Notes: generated by a model from the letters alone, not told the origin. 60,918 nucleotides of DNA, filler included, from Globobulimina sp. (GCA_003354225.1; 19 parts of 19 records of this genome joined end to end with filler, not necessarily neighbours in it), one strand, 5' to 3'. Shown: positions 12,225 to 25,827, numbered from the whole stretch's first letter. Program-made: numbers and translations.

Positions 12225-12757
12225 TTGATCAAAAAGTTGCAAATAAATAACTACAAACATGTCATCCAACTGACTGAAACCGAAAGAGAGCGCATAGTGA
12301 CAAAAGCATTTGACATTTATAATAACACGCAAGGAGACAAAGATCACGTTTTAATAAACGGAATGTTGAAATTACTTTTATACTTCCAACATCAGTACAA
12401 AATAATATTAATATGGGATGATATCATAGCCATTCTTTCAAAGCAAACAGCCGACCAAACACACTACATTTCATGGCCATTATTGCTTACATGTTGCATC
12501 AAATCGCGTGATGTCGACATTAGTAAATGTGTAAAAGTGCTGCAATGCTTACAATTAACAAAGAAAACAGTAAAACTGCACAGTTCATTGCTGCACAAAC
12601 TGATCGACAAATGCCATAACAAAGAAGCATTGCACTCATTGCAATTCATCCATTCATTGTTATGCGACGCTTATATTTGCTGTACCGACGGCAAAACACA
12701 TTTCATTAAAACAGCATTGATCATCGCATATGGAAAGTGTTTGAGTATTACGAGTGC
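12225..12757 (+). CDS. Helical repeat protein, probably PPR, partial
   Basis: Helical repeats ending HFIKTALIIAYGKC at the contig edge, resembling a PPR motif. True start unresolved. Confidence 0.5.
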
Positions 12758-13048
12758 NNNNNNNNNNNNNNNNNNNNNNNNNNNNNNNNNNNNNNNNNNN
12801 NTTAATTAATTAANNNNNNNNNNNNNNNNNNNNNNNNNNNNNNNNNNNNNNNNNNNNGACATTACTGCCCGAAACGTCGACAATTTAACTCAAATATACT
12901 GTTCAACATTCACTTTTCCTAGAATCTAACACCACAAACCAAAACAAACATATTATGTTCTCTGCCCTCCATGTTCCGCAATAGTAAGTTTAATTGAACA
13001 TGGAATCACATATCAAGTAATATATGGTTTTCATGAGTTTGCTTTCAG

Positions 13049-13888
13049 AAATATACATCCGTTGATGTACGAAGCAATCATTTGTTTAGGTGGTCGAACT
13101 GCGGTGCACGAAGCACACAAAGTGAAATGGATGGAAAACGAACTCAAATTCATTACAACGGCTTTAAGAGAGAAAGTGCCCATTTTAGGCATATGTTTGG
13201 GCTGCCAAATATTAGCAAAGTGCGCCGGAGGCCAAGTATTTACAGGTGATAAAGGCACAGAAATTGGATATCGAGATTGGGGATTCCATAATGATGAAAC
13301 TGAAGAAAAAGGTAATGATAATTTGGATGAATTGGATCCATTCCTTCATGCTTTGAAATATAAAGACATGGACAAATATGTGGTATTATTCCATTCTGAC
13401 ACCTTCAGTTTACCACAAATCTGTGCATTAAATGGTCAAAAAACCAAAATCTTGGCAAAAACAAACAAATACACAATGTTGTATAAAATTGGCAAATATA
13501 GTTTTGTAATTTGTATACCTGATTATCTGTATTCTGTTCATATTTATATTATATATTTATTATTTAAAAAGATTACGGCTTTCAAGGCCATCCTGAATTG
13601 AATCATGATTTGGTAAAGATTTGGTGTCGAGGTTGGGATCAATCATTTTTGGATAAAGCGGATGTTGATATTGAAAGGGACGTGATTGAGTACAGTAAGA
13701 AAAATAAAGATTTGATTGATAAGTCGAGCAAAATATTATTTGATATTTGGATTGATATTGCTTTGATGAAAGATGTACCCGAATTGAAAAGGTCTGATAC
13801 AAATATGTTTGATGAATATGCCTCTACGCATTGGAATACTGTTGATGATAAGAACGAATCTCCAATAGCATTTTCCAGTTTGTTTTGA
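13049..13888 (+). CDS. Class I glutamine amidotransferase-like protein (spliced; 5' exons unresolved)
   Basis: PILGICLGCQ nucleophile elbow, EIG and HSDTF. After an intron near 13506-13571, GFQGHPE completes the Cys-His-Glu triad. Confidence 0.85.
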
Positions 13889-14048
13889 TTTGATTTAATT
13901 TTCATTTAATTTCCATTCAATCTTTATCTACTTTAACGAGTGTTTACTTTTGACGGACAAATAAAATAAATTGACCACAACATACAAACGAAGAAAAAAA
14001 AAGGTTACAAGTAATATACATTGAACATCAAACTATATATTTACATTA

Positions 14049-15820
14049 TTATTGTTTTTTAGTATCAGTATTTTGAAAGTTTTGCGCCATTTCACTCAAC
14101 GCATTATTAACACTATCTTGATTTTCATCAAATGCGACAATTGCAACTTGCTTTGATCTTTTCTTGCGTCGTTTTTTTTGATCATTGCCATCATTGTTCT
14201 TATTATAAATATTTTGTGTATGATTCTCCAAATGCAATAGATAAGGATCGCAATTTTGAATTCCTAAAAACGAATTTAAATCGATTAACTTTAATAACTG
14301 TGCCTCAATATTTCGATTCAGAAATATCTTGAGGTCATTAACATTCTTAATCACCTGATTATATTTCAAAATATCAAACATTGTTTCAAAAATTGGGTTA
14401 AATAAATTAAGATAATCTTCAGACGCCATCTGTCCATAAAACACACATTCCACAAACATAAAATTCGTATCATACATAGCTTTAAACGCAAATAATACGT
14501 CATGCAAAGCCTGTAAATATATATCTTGTATCATATCAAAATCCACATTCTCATATTTCACTGGCGAATCTTTCTCATTCTTGTCATAAAGAAATGAGTT
14601 CGTACCAAACGTTTTAAATATTTGTTCCAATGCAAATATAGAAACATAAGCGGCGATCAATGGGTCAGATATGCCTCGTAACCGTTTGATTAACATTTTG
14701 GTATAACTTAATAATTCAGGCAATGTGTATAAAAATCGCAAAATCCGATATAAGGAGATCTCGATCAAAATACGTGGCACTAATTCGCGGATGGCAGATA
14801 TTTTGAAAAACCAATTTCCACATTTTATTTGACACAAATTACTGCAATGTGAGGCGCGGAAGTTTGCCGGCAATGATTCAATATGTACTGCTTCATTGTT
14901 ATGTTTATGTTCATGCTTTTCATCGTCATCAACTGCAACGCCATAGATTTGTTTATCAGATTCTGAGTCATCGGAGAGCTTATTATATCGATGGGGGTTA
15001 TTATAAGTACTGCCATGTGGTTCGTTATTATTATTGTTATTGTCTTCAGCATCTGGTATGAAATTATGTTGATACTGGTCATTGACATTACTATCGCCAC
15101 CATACAATGCTAATGAATACAAGCGATCATATACTAAATCACCAAATTTATCCAATAATTTCGAGACCAACACGTATATTGCGGGGTAAAACTGCGGCTC
15201 TGTTAATACCACATCGTCAATCAAGAATCGCGCAGTCTGTCAAGTATGAGATAGAGATATGTCATATATGGGAATGGGACATCGTGTATGTTGCCTGTAA
15301 CTTGGATGGCAAGTTTGAGAGCTTCGACTCGATTTTGCTGTAAAAAGTGTTCTTTCATTAAAACGAGATTACGTTTGGTTGCATTTAAATAGTATGGAAA
15401 TTCAAAGAGTAATGGCGCAGTATCGTCCACATCGATATCTTCGTTTGCTTCATCGCTGCTGCTGTTAAATTTGCTATTGTTGTTGCTATGGTTGTCTTCT
15501 TCATCCATATCATTTGTTAGTTTTTGTGTTGGTTCAGAGATTACATTATTTGTTGAGGTTGGAAGCTGGAAATGCATCGATGAAAATTGTTTTAAAATGG
15601 CATCATGTTTATTGGATACGAATTTATAACGAGAGGATCTATTTGCAAATGGATTATCTTTAAATTGGCGATTTAGTGTTACGGTTGGTGATGGTGATAG
15701 GGATTCGTTTGCGTCATCAGGTAATGGACCGACACTGTATCCATCACTTGCTGTGGCGTCTTGTTCATATTGCGAGATGATAATTTTCTCAGTGCCAGAC
15801 ATGGTTTGAACTGGCCACAC
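14049..15820 (-). CDS. VPS35L: VPS35L (retriever subunit)-like protein, apparently C-terminally shortened
   Basis: Removing intron 15237-15301 gives RVEALKLAIQ|TARFL...QFYP...LLDKFGDLVYDRL...CGNWFFKISAIRELVPR...LRGISDPL. Confidence 0.8.
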
Positions 15821-16071
15821 ACCACATCATCACACCTGAGTAGGCATACACGGCCCCACAGGATAGCATCGTCTCTTCTACTCTGACACCAATCTGCGAC
15901 CGATCTCACTGACCCGGATGATGCACCTAGGGCCAATGAGCCTGTCGCTCCTGTGACTTCTGACCCCACTGNNNNNNNNNNNNNNNNNNNNNNNNNNNNN
16001 NNNNNNNNNNNNNNNTTAATTAATTAANNNNNNNNNNNNNNNNNNNNNNNNNNNNNNNNNNNNNNNNNNNN

Positions 16072-16644
16072 TACAAAATATAATTCTTTCACCGCATTCT
16101 CATTCAAGCTACGTCTGCGTTGGTTTCGTCTCAACATTATACACTTTGTCAGGTCACAAGTAACAGCTAATGCGTTATAAATATCTTCAAACTCAGTTGA
16201 ATGCTTAAATAATAAATGATTGTAATCGTTTAATAAAGCAATATTATTATAACTGGGTTCGAATTCGTATAAATCCTCTCTGTTCCACGAGCTTTGCGAT
16301 TTGATATGATATCGTTTCAGGATATTTGCTATTCTTTCAAAATGGGAGCATTTTCTTAAAATGCATTCAGTATTATCATCCATTTTATTTTCTTGTTTCC
16401 GCGGTCGTTTGTGACGAATCGGTGCGGGATCGAATAAATAATGTGAATCAATGGCGTTATGTGTGGTGCCTTATTTTAACATGACATGTGTGGTTATATA
16501 ATGTTGACAGACAACAGAACTTATTGTGTTTAGTCCCTTAACCACTTGTTCCAATAGTTTCATATTTTCTGTCTCTTCTGTATCATATTCTTCCTTTATC
16601 GCAATGTCTCCTGTTGAAGCACTTGGATTTTCAGGATGTGCCAT
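16072..16644 (-). CDS. Hypothetical Cys/His-motif protein, two exons, 3' partial
   Basis: MAHPENPS exon splices in frame to STTHNAIDSH...MDDNTECILRKCSHFERI...LLNDYNHLLFKH...CDLTKCIMLRRNQR. Confidence 0.55.
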
Positions 16645-16880
16645 TGGACACAGTACTAAACGATTTTTTACTTCAGATAATTAATCTAAACCATTCTACC
16701 GTTTTCATCAGAAAGCAGCATATGCTGTGATTTGCTTTGACTTTTCATATCGATCAACACTAAAAAGCAGAACATGCCGATATCGGATAATATACACTGG
16801 AACATATATTTGAACTGACACACATCACAAAAAAAACAATAATATGATTACTGTCATTATACACATACATACAGTAATTA

Positions 16881-18143
16881 TCATCGACTATCCATCAAAT
16901 TATGTTTATTTATGAAAGCATGCAAATCCTCAATTTGTAGTGTTAGCTGCAACTTTTCGTCACTTAATTTATCCAACATATTCATCAAAGTGGCACACCG
17001 TTTATCCATCGATTTAAGTTCTTTTTTGCTATTATTCCATTCATTTTGTTCCTGTTTCAATTCAGCAATTTGCAGTTTCAATTTGCTATATTCCTTACTC
17101 AATATTTCAAAATCTTTCTTTTCCTCACCACCACCAAACATATTTTGCAATTTATCCTCATCAAAATGCGCATCCCCAAACCCCCCAAATTCATCCACAT
17201 TTAATGATTGTTCCAAGGCAGCAACCTTTCGTTTATGCGCCGAGATGGTATAATATATTTTTTTTAATCGCGCGTGGATCATCGAAGTGTCTCCAATCGA
17301 TTGCAACAACCGATTGATATCATTTTCAGCGCCGGTCATTTTGCTTATTTCTGAGCGTAAACTCCATCGCACATTCTCTATGGTTGACTCTTCCGTTTGT
17401 GTCTGGGTCACGGATTTCTGTCTGCGGTGCCTATTTAATGTCGGCGCAGATCCATGGCCACTGTTTGTGTCGTGGCTGTCATTCAATTCATCCAATTCAA
17501 GTCGTAATGCGTGGATTATGTCATCTTTTTCACGCAATTGGGTCTGTAATGAATGTATCTCGTTATCTTTATTATAAATATTAATATGTTTGTCGTTATT
17601 TGTAGCATTTGCTAACATGAAACGTGAATATGTTTTGTTGATTGAGGTTGCTGATTTGTTGTGGGATAATCTATATTGTCTTCTTCGTTTCAAATCGTTT
17701 ATTATTTCATCCACAGAGGGTCCGTTTGTATGTTTGTGCTCGTTATGTGTGTATTGTTTATATTGCTGATTGTTGTGAATATATTTATGATCGTTGTTAT
17801 CGTTTCCGTTTCCGTTCAGTATGTTGTATTTATTGCTGTTCTCATTTTGGTGGATTGCAATTGAGTTAAATGTATGATTTGGCTTTTTTTTCTTTTTCTT
17901 TTTCTTTCTCAAATCAATCACAATGTCATTGTTATACTAAGTAGTTATAGAAAATTAGGAGAGGTTTTGTCATCAAATAAATGTGAATGTTTCCGTTATA
18001 AACTTGTTGTATCGAATTTTGTAACGCGTCGAAGCCACCCTTTACATATGGCATAATTTAGAATGATTCCAATCAATGTAGTATTGGACACATACCACAC
18101 TGAGACGTTGGAATTCACGTAGTATTCTCGAGTCATCCTCCAT
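16881..18143 (-). CDS. Coiled-coil protein with two short 5' exons
   Basis: MEDDSRILREFQRLSV | GGFDALQNSIQQ | YNNDIVIDLRKK joined by GT-AG introns; heptad-rich C-terminus. Confidence 0.6.
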
Positions 18144-18321
18144 GTTCAGTTAGTAGAAAACTTTAGTTAGTAAATTTAAATGAAAAAAAAAACTTTCTGA
18201 CAGAAAAAAAGCAGAAACGGTTCATATAAAAATATATTATAATATAACGAATATTGACATTCAAAGGGAAAAAAGAAAAAATCTGTCTGTATGACTGTAT
18301 GATTATTTCATGCATTATATT

Positions 18322-19184
18322 CTAAATCACCATCAATTCTTCAGACAGCTCAGCATCATCGGATCGAGAGAGTTTATATACTAATTCATCCATTGTAACA
18401 GGAGCAATGTTGGGTGTGCCTAATTCAACTATTATAGTTTCAGCTGGTTTTTGGGATTCCGATTTTGCCTCAATTTGCAACGTAGAAACACTGCCTCTAA
18501 ATGTACCCACCGTCATTGTAATATCGTCCGTAATGTGACGATGTTTGAGTGTTTTTTTAGACAGAAATCAAAACAACAACATAATTTCACATAAAATGAA
18601 TGACTGTAATCAATTAATAAAATAATACACAAACTGTTCAATGCAGCATCGAATGGCAATAAAAAGGTAAAATTTGGATAAAATGGTACAGCGAATGTAT
18701 AACATATAAAAGTTGAACAAATTGCAATTGCGCCCACTATGGTTAATTTGCGAATGAATTGTTCGGCTTCGACATCGTTTTTAAAGCGTTTGTTGGTTGA
18801 TAAATCTTTGATTTTTTTAAAAAATATATAAAATAAAATAATTCCAACCAATATGTCTTGGAATAATGGCAATATTTTATCAAACGTAGTCATTTGTAAA
18901 ATTGAGTCTGAATTATATAATGTACAGATTTCTAAATCTGAATTTGAGTGCGCTGCAACTCCAACTCTCACATTTTCAAAACAAACGGGAACATAAAGCA
19001 TTACAAATATCAAAAAACTAATAGTGATCAATACAATCAATGATTTAATGAACTTTTCGTTTATTTCGAATGGAGTGCTTTTAAAAAGAAAGTATAAGCC
19101 ATACAGAAAAACAATGTGCATACAATATTTAGCAATAAGATATGATAAATAATTTGTGATATATATTGCAATGCATTTTTCATT
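18322..19184 (-). CDS. Multi-pass (7TM-like) membrane protein, 5' partial, apparent frameshift
   Basis: Several hydrophobic helices followed by a CCC motif. Adding one A to the A7 run (18552-18558) joins ORF 18513-19121 to ORF 18322-18516. Confidence 0.55.
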
Positions 19185-19312
19185 NNNNNNNNNNNNNNNN
19201 NNNNNNNNNNNNNNNNNNNNNNNNNNNNTTAATTAATTAANNNNNNNNNNNNNNNNNNNNNNNNNNNNNNNNNNNNNNNNNNNNATGTTATGTATGTCCA
19301 TACTCATGTTGT

Positions 19313-22300
19313 TTGTACATGCACCAGTTTCGAAATACAGGTTTACCATTATCCGAAATCGAAAATAAATTAGCAACTTTGCAATCGGTAATCAAAGATG
19401 ACACTGTCCAAAAATCTGTATTGTTGGATTATTTATTGAAATCAGATCTAAATCTTCAACAAGCAGCTAATATTTATTTTAAATCAACCAATGACAAATT
19501 TAATATGAATAATATTTCAGTATCTCCTGCAACAAATATTAATAACAAAAAAAGAAAAAGAAATATTAATTCGAATCACAATGATAATTTAAATCAATAT
19601 TTACCATTAAATAAACGACGAAAATTAGAAACAAATAATTCCGCTCATCACCATAATCACAACCATAACCATAACAATTGCAATACAAATTACATAACAA
19701 TTGAGTCAGATGATGATGATAATGACGATATTGATATAGATATAGCTATGGATAGGGATTGGAATAGAAAAATATTTGGTTCATTAAAAATGGAATATTG
19801 CTTAAATCGGAGATATGATAAAATATTTTTAATACATCATATCTCACAAAGTATTATTAAGGGCGATATTTGTATCGATAAATATTATCAAATCAATAAA
19901 TATATGACCAATAAAGATAAAATAAATGCATATTATAAGCAATCATTAAATGAATTAAAATCAATCTCCACAAAATCAAATATTAAAATATCTTTAAAAA
20001 AAAAGAAATTAATTGCTGGTAAATCAGAACAAGAACTAACAAATCAATATAAAGAGAATGAAAAACAATTATTGATTGATAGTAAATATATGATTGAATT
20101 TGAAGTTTCTTTATGTCGCACTAATTTATTACAAACATCATTTCGCAAATTAAAAATCCCATATACCATTGGCTTGTTATCCAATTCACAACAATTATTA
20201 CGAGATATTAATAATATATTATGTGTTCGGACACATTTCAAACGAAAACGTCTCGAATGGCATCAATTAGCGGCTTTATTAGACTTTTCATGCAAATATT
20301 CATATGCCATAAATGCCAATAACAATAATGAAAGTTATAAACATGGATTAAATATAAAATTGCATGAATATCAATTACAATCACTTGATTGGATGATAAA
20401 AGAAGAAAAAGATAAAATTGGATTCAATCGACATTTATATTCAAAAGGGATGTTTAAAGATAATAAAACACCGTTTTTTTATTCGACAGTTTTTCAACAT
20501 TTGCTAGTTGGACATGCTCAGAGTGTGCCAGTCGCACACGGCGGCTTCTTATGCGAGGAAATGGGTTTGGGCAAAACTATAATATCATTAGCTTTAATTA
20601 ATTGCAATAAACCAAGAGATTTAAGTACATATAGTACACCGAATGCATTAAAAATCAGTTGTACAAATGGCAATTTTACATATTATAAAAGTAGAGCAAC
20701 ATTGATCATTGCAAAAACAACCTTAGTTGGACAATGGGAAAAAGAAATCGACTGTAAAAATGCAAATAGAAATATAAAATATAAGACATATTATGGATCG
20801 AATAGATCGCGGCAGATTGGCGATTATGTTGATAAAGATATAGTATTAACCACATATGATTTAATTGGCTTAGAAAACGGTCTTAATAAAGACAAACATG
20901 TTTTGCATTGTATCGAATGGCATCGTATAATATTGGACGAATCGCATGAAATAAAGAATGGCAATACACAAAGATCAAAGAGTATCAATCGATTACGAGG
21001 CATAAATAAATGGTGTGTGACCGGTACACCTTTTAATACAAATATAAGAGATTTGGAAAATCAGTTAAAGTTTATAGGAATGACACAAGATAACATAAAC
21101 AGATTGGATTTAACCAGTATTGCACGAAAGAAATTATTCAATGGAAGTGGTAGCTTTAACGCAGCATTTCCATGTATTGCCATCATGTATGTCATTAGTA
21201 AGTTAGTCATGAGACACAAAAAAAATCAACGATTTAACCAGAAAGCGATTGTGACATTAGCTGGAAAAGAAGAAGATGTCATTTATATTCCATTCAGTAA
21301 AAAACAAAAAGAATATTATGAGAAACTATATGAAATTGCCAAACAAAAATATAATTACTTTAAAGCCACTGGCAACATTGGAAGAGGTACCTTAGCCATT
21401 TTATCCTCATTGTATCCAGCACGACAATCCTGTTCTGGCTATATTTATAATAAAACGGAGATTAATCAGCAATTATATGCCGCACAAACAAAAACATTTC
21501 GCATTAAATTAATGGTGAATGAAAATAAAAGGAAATCTAATAAGGAATTATATGAAATGGCAACGGATAAAGCATATAATAACTATACAAATGGCGAATG
21601 TGCCATATGTTACGAGTGTCCGTTAGATGCACCATTACAGACTCCGTGCAGACATATATTCTGCGGTGAATGTATAAAATCTGTATTGTCGGACAAATCC
21701 GAGTGTCCATTATGTCGCGAATCTGTTGTTATAAAACAACTTAAAAAAACCACCACAAACCCATGTAGAAACAAAACAAAATGAAGAGAAAGTAATGGAT
21801 GCGGATGGCGAGAATGATAAAGAAAGTGAGCTAATTAAGTTTGATTCCAAAATAAAGAGATTAATGCAGGAAATAAAGAGAATAAAAGAGAATTCTCCGC
21901 AAGATAAATGTTTAATATTTACATCATTTTCTAATTCGTTAGATTGGATTTGTAATGAATTACAAAAAAATAAATTAGAATATCGAACATTGATTGGTTC
22001 CATGACTATGAATAAAAGGAAAAAACAAATGGAAGAATTTGCAAACAATCCAAACGTCAAAGTATTTGTATTAACAGTAAGAACCGGTGCTGTTGGTATA
22101 ACACTTAATTCTGCGAATCATGTATTTATGTTAGAACCAACAATGAATTTTGCATTACATCGTCAAGCAATTAATAGAGTTTATAGATTGGGACAGAAAA
22201 AGAAAGTATTTATTCATACATTAATTATGAAGGATTCAATCGAAGAAAGGATTTGGAACATAAATAAACATAAAAATAGTAAAACAAATTTATGTGGAAA

Positions 22301-22361
22301 TATTAATGCTGATAAAAATGTTAAATTACAACAACATGAAATATCAAAATTGTTTGAGTGA
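19313..22361 (+). CDS. RAD5/HLTF-like SNF2 helicase with RING finger; frameshift at A7 run
   Basis: UBA-like N-terminus, GGFLCEEMGLGKT, RIILDESH, TGTP, C3HC4 RING (CAIC...CRHIFCGEC...CPLCR). The HELICc part (GAVGITL, QAINRVYRLGQ) is one frame over; removing one A at 21743-21749 joins them. Confidence 0.9.
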
Positions 22362-22497
22362 TACTTATTTAGATACTGTAGTTTTCTATTTTTTTTTNNN
22401 NNNNNNNNNNNNNNNNNNNNNNNNNNNNNNNNNNNNNNNNNTTAATTAATTAANNNNNNNNNNNNNNNNNNNNNNNNNNNNNNNNNNNNNNNNNNNN

Positions 22498-22990
22498 TCC
22501 AGTTAACTCTTTTTCGAACATTTTTGATCGGCCACCATATCATACCACCCATTCTGTATTTTTCTGAAGTTTTAACTCGAGCATCAGAAATATGCCATGC
22601 TTTTTTATGTGGTCTAATGCGAACTTCTGGGTCTCTCCATAACGAATTCCAAAAACAATAAAATGGAAAAATACTACCAGCAGTAAATAAAAAATATAAA
22701 ACCGATCCTGCTTTTCTCCATTCTACATCTGAAAAACATAATGCTTCCCATTCACGAAAATAATTCACAAAACCATGTCCATCTCTCCTTATTACATTAA
22801 ATTTATTTGGCGGTGATACTGGATGACCGTAACGTCGTTTTGCTATCTTACTAAGTTTTGTATTATTTACTGTACGGTATATGCCACGATACAAATTTCT
22901 GGTTACCATTCTTCGAATTGGTAATCTTATTATTTTTCTATTATATGCTGCACGATATATTCCTCGATATAATGATCGAACTGTTACCAT
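22498..22990 (-). CDS. NDUFA4/B12D-like mitochondrial membrane protein, 3' partial
   Basis: Arg-rich presequence-like N-terminus; one TM helix followed by LWRDPEVRI. Confidence 0.5.
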
Positions 22991-23542
22991 TCTCCCAATT
23001 GATACGAGGCGAAACAAACGATATAAGAAAAGGTACAAACAAGAAAATGTATGACGTATTCTGTGGAAAAAAATGATTGGGTGTCAAAAAATTGCAAATG
23101 CTTTGTTTTTATATGTTGGATTAAAGATGATACCACGAATTATGTCTGGTAACGGTCGAAACATTGAATATCACGTTTCTCAAAGTTGAGAGTTGGTGCG
23201 TTTTACATGATGAAATTTTCTAAGCAAAAACGTTTTCTTTGATGTTTTTCTTCGATATTTGGATCATACACATACCTCTATCTTCGATCAAGGTAAATTA
23301 ACGTACACAATAAATGCAATATTAATGGATGTACCATTGAACATGCACTCAATGTAATGATACTTAAAATAACAGAAAACGCTAAATGACGTCCATCAGC
23401 ACCAACATATGATTATTGTATGGCGGTAATAACTAATAAGTAAAATCAGCTACAACACAGAGTCTCATAATTGACAATTAAAAGAAGCACATATTATACA
23501 TTTACATTCTATTTCTGCATTTCACCAATATTCGAATCAACA

Positions 23543-24577
23543 ATGATCATCAACAAATATTTAACATTGTGCTGCATACTGTTATTCCATCAAATCAATT
23601 CCCAAACACGTCCATTACTTTCAACACGTCAGCCTTTACCAAATGGTGACGATCCAACAAAGAATAAAAAAATCTGCGAAGCATTATTTGCAGCCTGGGC
23701 TTATGCAATGATGAAGCCAAGGAAACGTAAAGCAGAAATTGCCAAAGATTTTGGACTAAAAAAAGTTGATTACCATTTTTCTGGAAATCAATATTATATC
23801 TCAGGAACACAAGAAAAGGGCGCAAAAATCGACGCAAATAGTCCATGGAGTGTCTGTCAAGAATTAATTGATGAAGTCAAGCAAGGTCCAAATGGTGCGC
23901 ATGCAGACAACGCTCGATATCGATATCAAAATATCAAAGTATTTATCGATCCGAATGATCCACGAAGAGCCAAAATGCGGGTAAAATACAAAAAACACAC
24001 AGGTTTCCTTCGTAATAAAATTGGGAACACTTATTTTCATGCACCAGTGCTTGATCGTCAATTTACAGGGAAAGGATATTATGATTATGTAGCTCGCAAA
24101 GATCATGATTATGAAACTTATGGAGAACTATATTATGGCACAGATAATCTTTGGTGGCCTGGCATTGATTTAGTGATTGCATATATTGAGGGAAACAACC
24201 TTGATTTGTGCCCTACCATTACAGAAACATTCGGTATGCAAAAGGAACATGATTCGGGTCTGAATCAATGGTTTTTAGCACCAGCAGGAACCACAGAAAT
24301 TGGCATAGATTTTGAAAATGCACAAAGCAATGCAGCCTATTTAGGTTTGTATAAAGAAATCATGAAAGATTTGCAGACAAAGGTGACTGACATAAAAAAG
24401 CGTGCGGGGTTTGATGGAGAGCTGACTGATCTCAAATTGGAGATGAAATATATCGGACCTGGACTTGTTGCCTACACATTTTATATGGAACTGCAGAGCG
24501 CAGATCTTCGAATAACTAGGTATGAACCAGAATACCTGAGAACTTTGTATAAAACAGAGTACGTAATAGAAATGTAA
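23543..24577 (+). CDS. Secreted hypothetical protein
   Basis: Long intronless ORF with signal peptide-like MIINKYLTLCCILLFHQINS; no family recognised. Confidence 0.7.
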   Translation: MIINKYLTLCCILLFHQINSQTRPLLSTRQPLPNGDDPTKNKKICEALFAAWAYAMMKPRKRKAEIAKDFGLKKVDYHFSGNQYYISGTQEKGAKIDANSPWSVCQELIDEVKQGPNGAHADNARYRYQNIKVFIDPNDPRRAKMRVKYKKHTGFLRNKIGNTYFHAPVLDRQFTGKGYYDYVARKDHDYETYGELYYGTDNLWWPGIDLVIAYIEGNNLDLCPTITETFGMQKEHDSGLNQWFLAPAGTTEIGIDFENAQSNAAYLGLYKEIMKDLQTKVTDIKKRAGFDGELTDLKLEMKYIGPGLVAYTFYMELQSADLRITRYEPEYLRTLYKTEYVIEM

Positions 24578-25000
24578 ATACTCCGAATAAGGTCACATAT
24601 CAAAATCAAGAAAGACTGTCATAAAAAAGGGTGCTGGGTTTGATGGACACAATATTATCTTTTTCTATTTTCACACAACAAACTTTGAAATGATATTCTT
24701 GTACTTGTTCTTGTTCTGTGTATAAATTATATAATTATTCTGAATATACTTCACTTGTATCTTGTTTTGAGATTGGTGCAATAAGTCGTGAATTAAATTG
24801 ATAAGAATAATTTGTATATTCTTGTTGTTTATGACGTTCAGATAAAATAAAAATGAACGTAATATTTAGCAGTCATATGATTGTGCCGGGAATGATTAGT
24901 TCCAAAGAGTGCAAGGATACAATTAATTGAAAACAAAACAATAAGTTCCAGTGAATCGACTTAATTCATTACAAAATTGTCATGCATTTATACTTTCTAT

Positions 25001-25610
25001 TTATTCAGATTCTGGTTCTTGTATTTCAATTTCGCCCGATTTTATTTTCTTTTGTATATCTCTCGGATCCTGTCCTTCCACCGTACATCCAATGGACACG
25101 CATGTCCCTAACATCTCCATCACAGTGCCCACAAATAGCCGAGCATGCGACCGAGTTCTCATTGTCTTAGCTGCTTCTATCACATCCGTCAATTTTAAGT
25201 TTCCATTATGCAATATCCCCTTCTCTACGTATTCATATTTATCAATGTATCAGAGTAACAATGCGAAATCCCGTAACAACACATACCTTTTTTCCTATCT
25301 CTTGGCGGCTCTTTCAATGCTTTTATGATCAAAGCAGACGCGGACGGGATCACAGAAATCGTTGCTTGCCGGTTCTGAATGTCCATTTTAATTCTAACAA
25401 CAGTGGAAATTAATAATATGTATTTATTTAGTCAGCAAACAACATACGTTACGCCCATTCCTTTCCACTCCATAGTAGCTTTTGCAATATCATCACCCAA
25501 TTTTTTCGGTGACATACCCAATGGACCAATCCTCGGAGCCAACACGGCCGGAGGCGCTGGCTCACCGCCGGTCACTTTCATTATTATTGTTACGACTGCT
25601 GCTGGGGGAC
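25001..25610 (-). CDS. RPL12: 60S ribosomal protein L12 (uL11), three exons, 5' partial
   Basis: GGEP...[74 protein letters not shown]; two GT-AG introns. Confidence 0.95.
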
Positions 25611-25827
25611 NNNNNNNNNNNNNNNNNNNNNNNNNNNNNNNNNNNNNNNNNNNNTTAATTAATTAANNNNNNNNNNNNNNNNNNNNNNNNNNNNNNNNNN
25701 NNNNNNNNNNATCGAGTCGAGCCGAGTGACTTTACTATTATTATCAGCTAACCAAACCCATGGCACTCGATCACTACACTCGGCTCGGCTCTGACTCTGA
25801 CTCATAAACGACAAAGACTTATTATAC

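Noticed and set aside
21743-21749. Programmed frameshifting in the RAD5-like gene (and at 18552-18558 in the 7TM-like gene)
   Set aside because: Both lie in 7-nt homopolymers and need opposite corrections, so indel errors are the simpler explanation. Raw reads would settle it.
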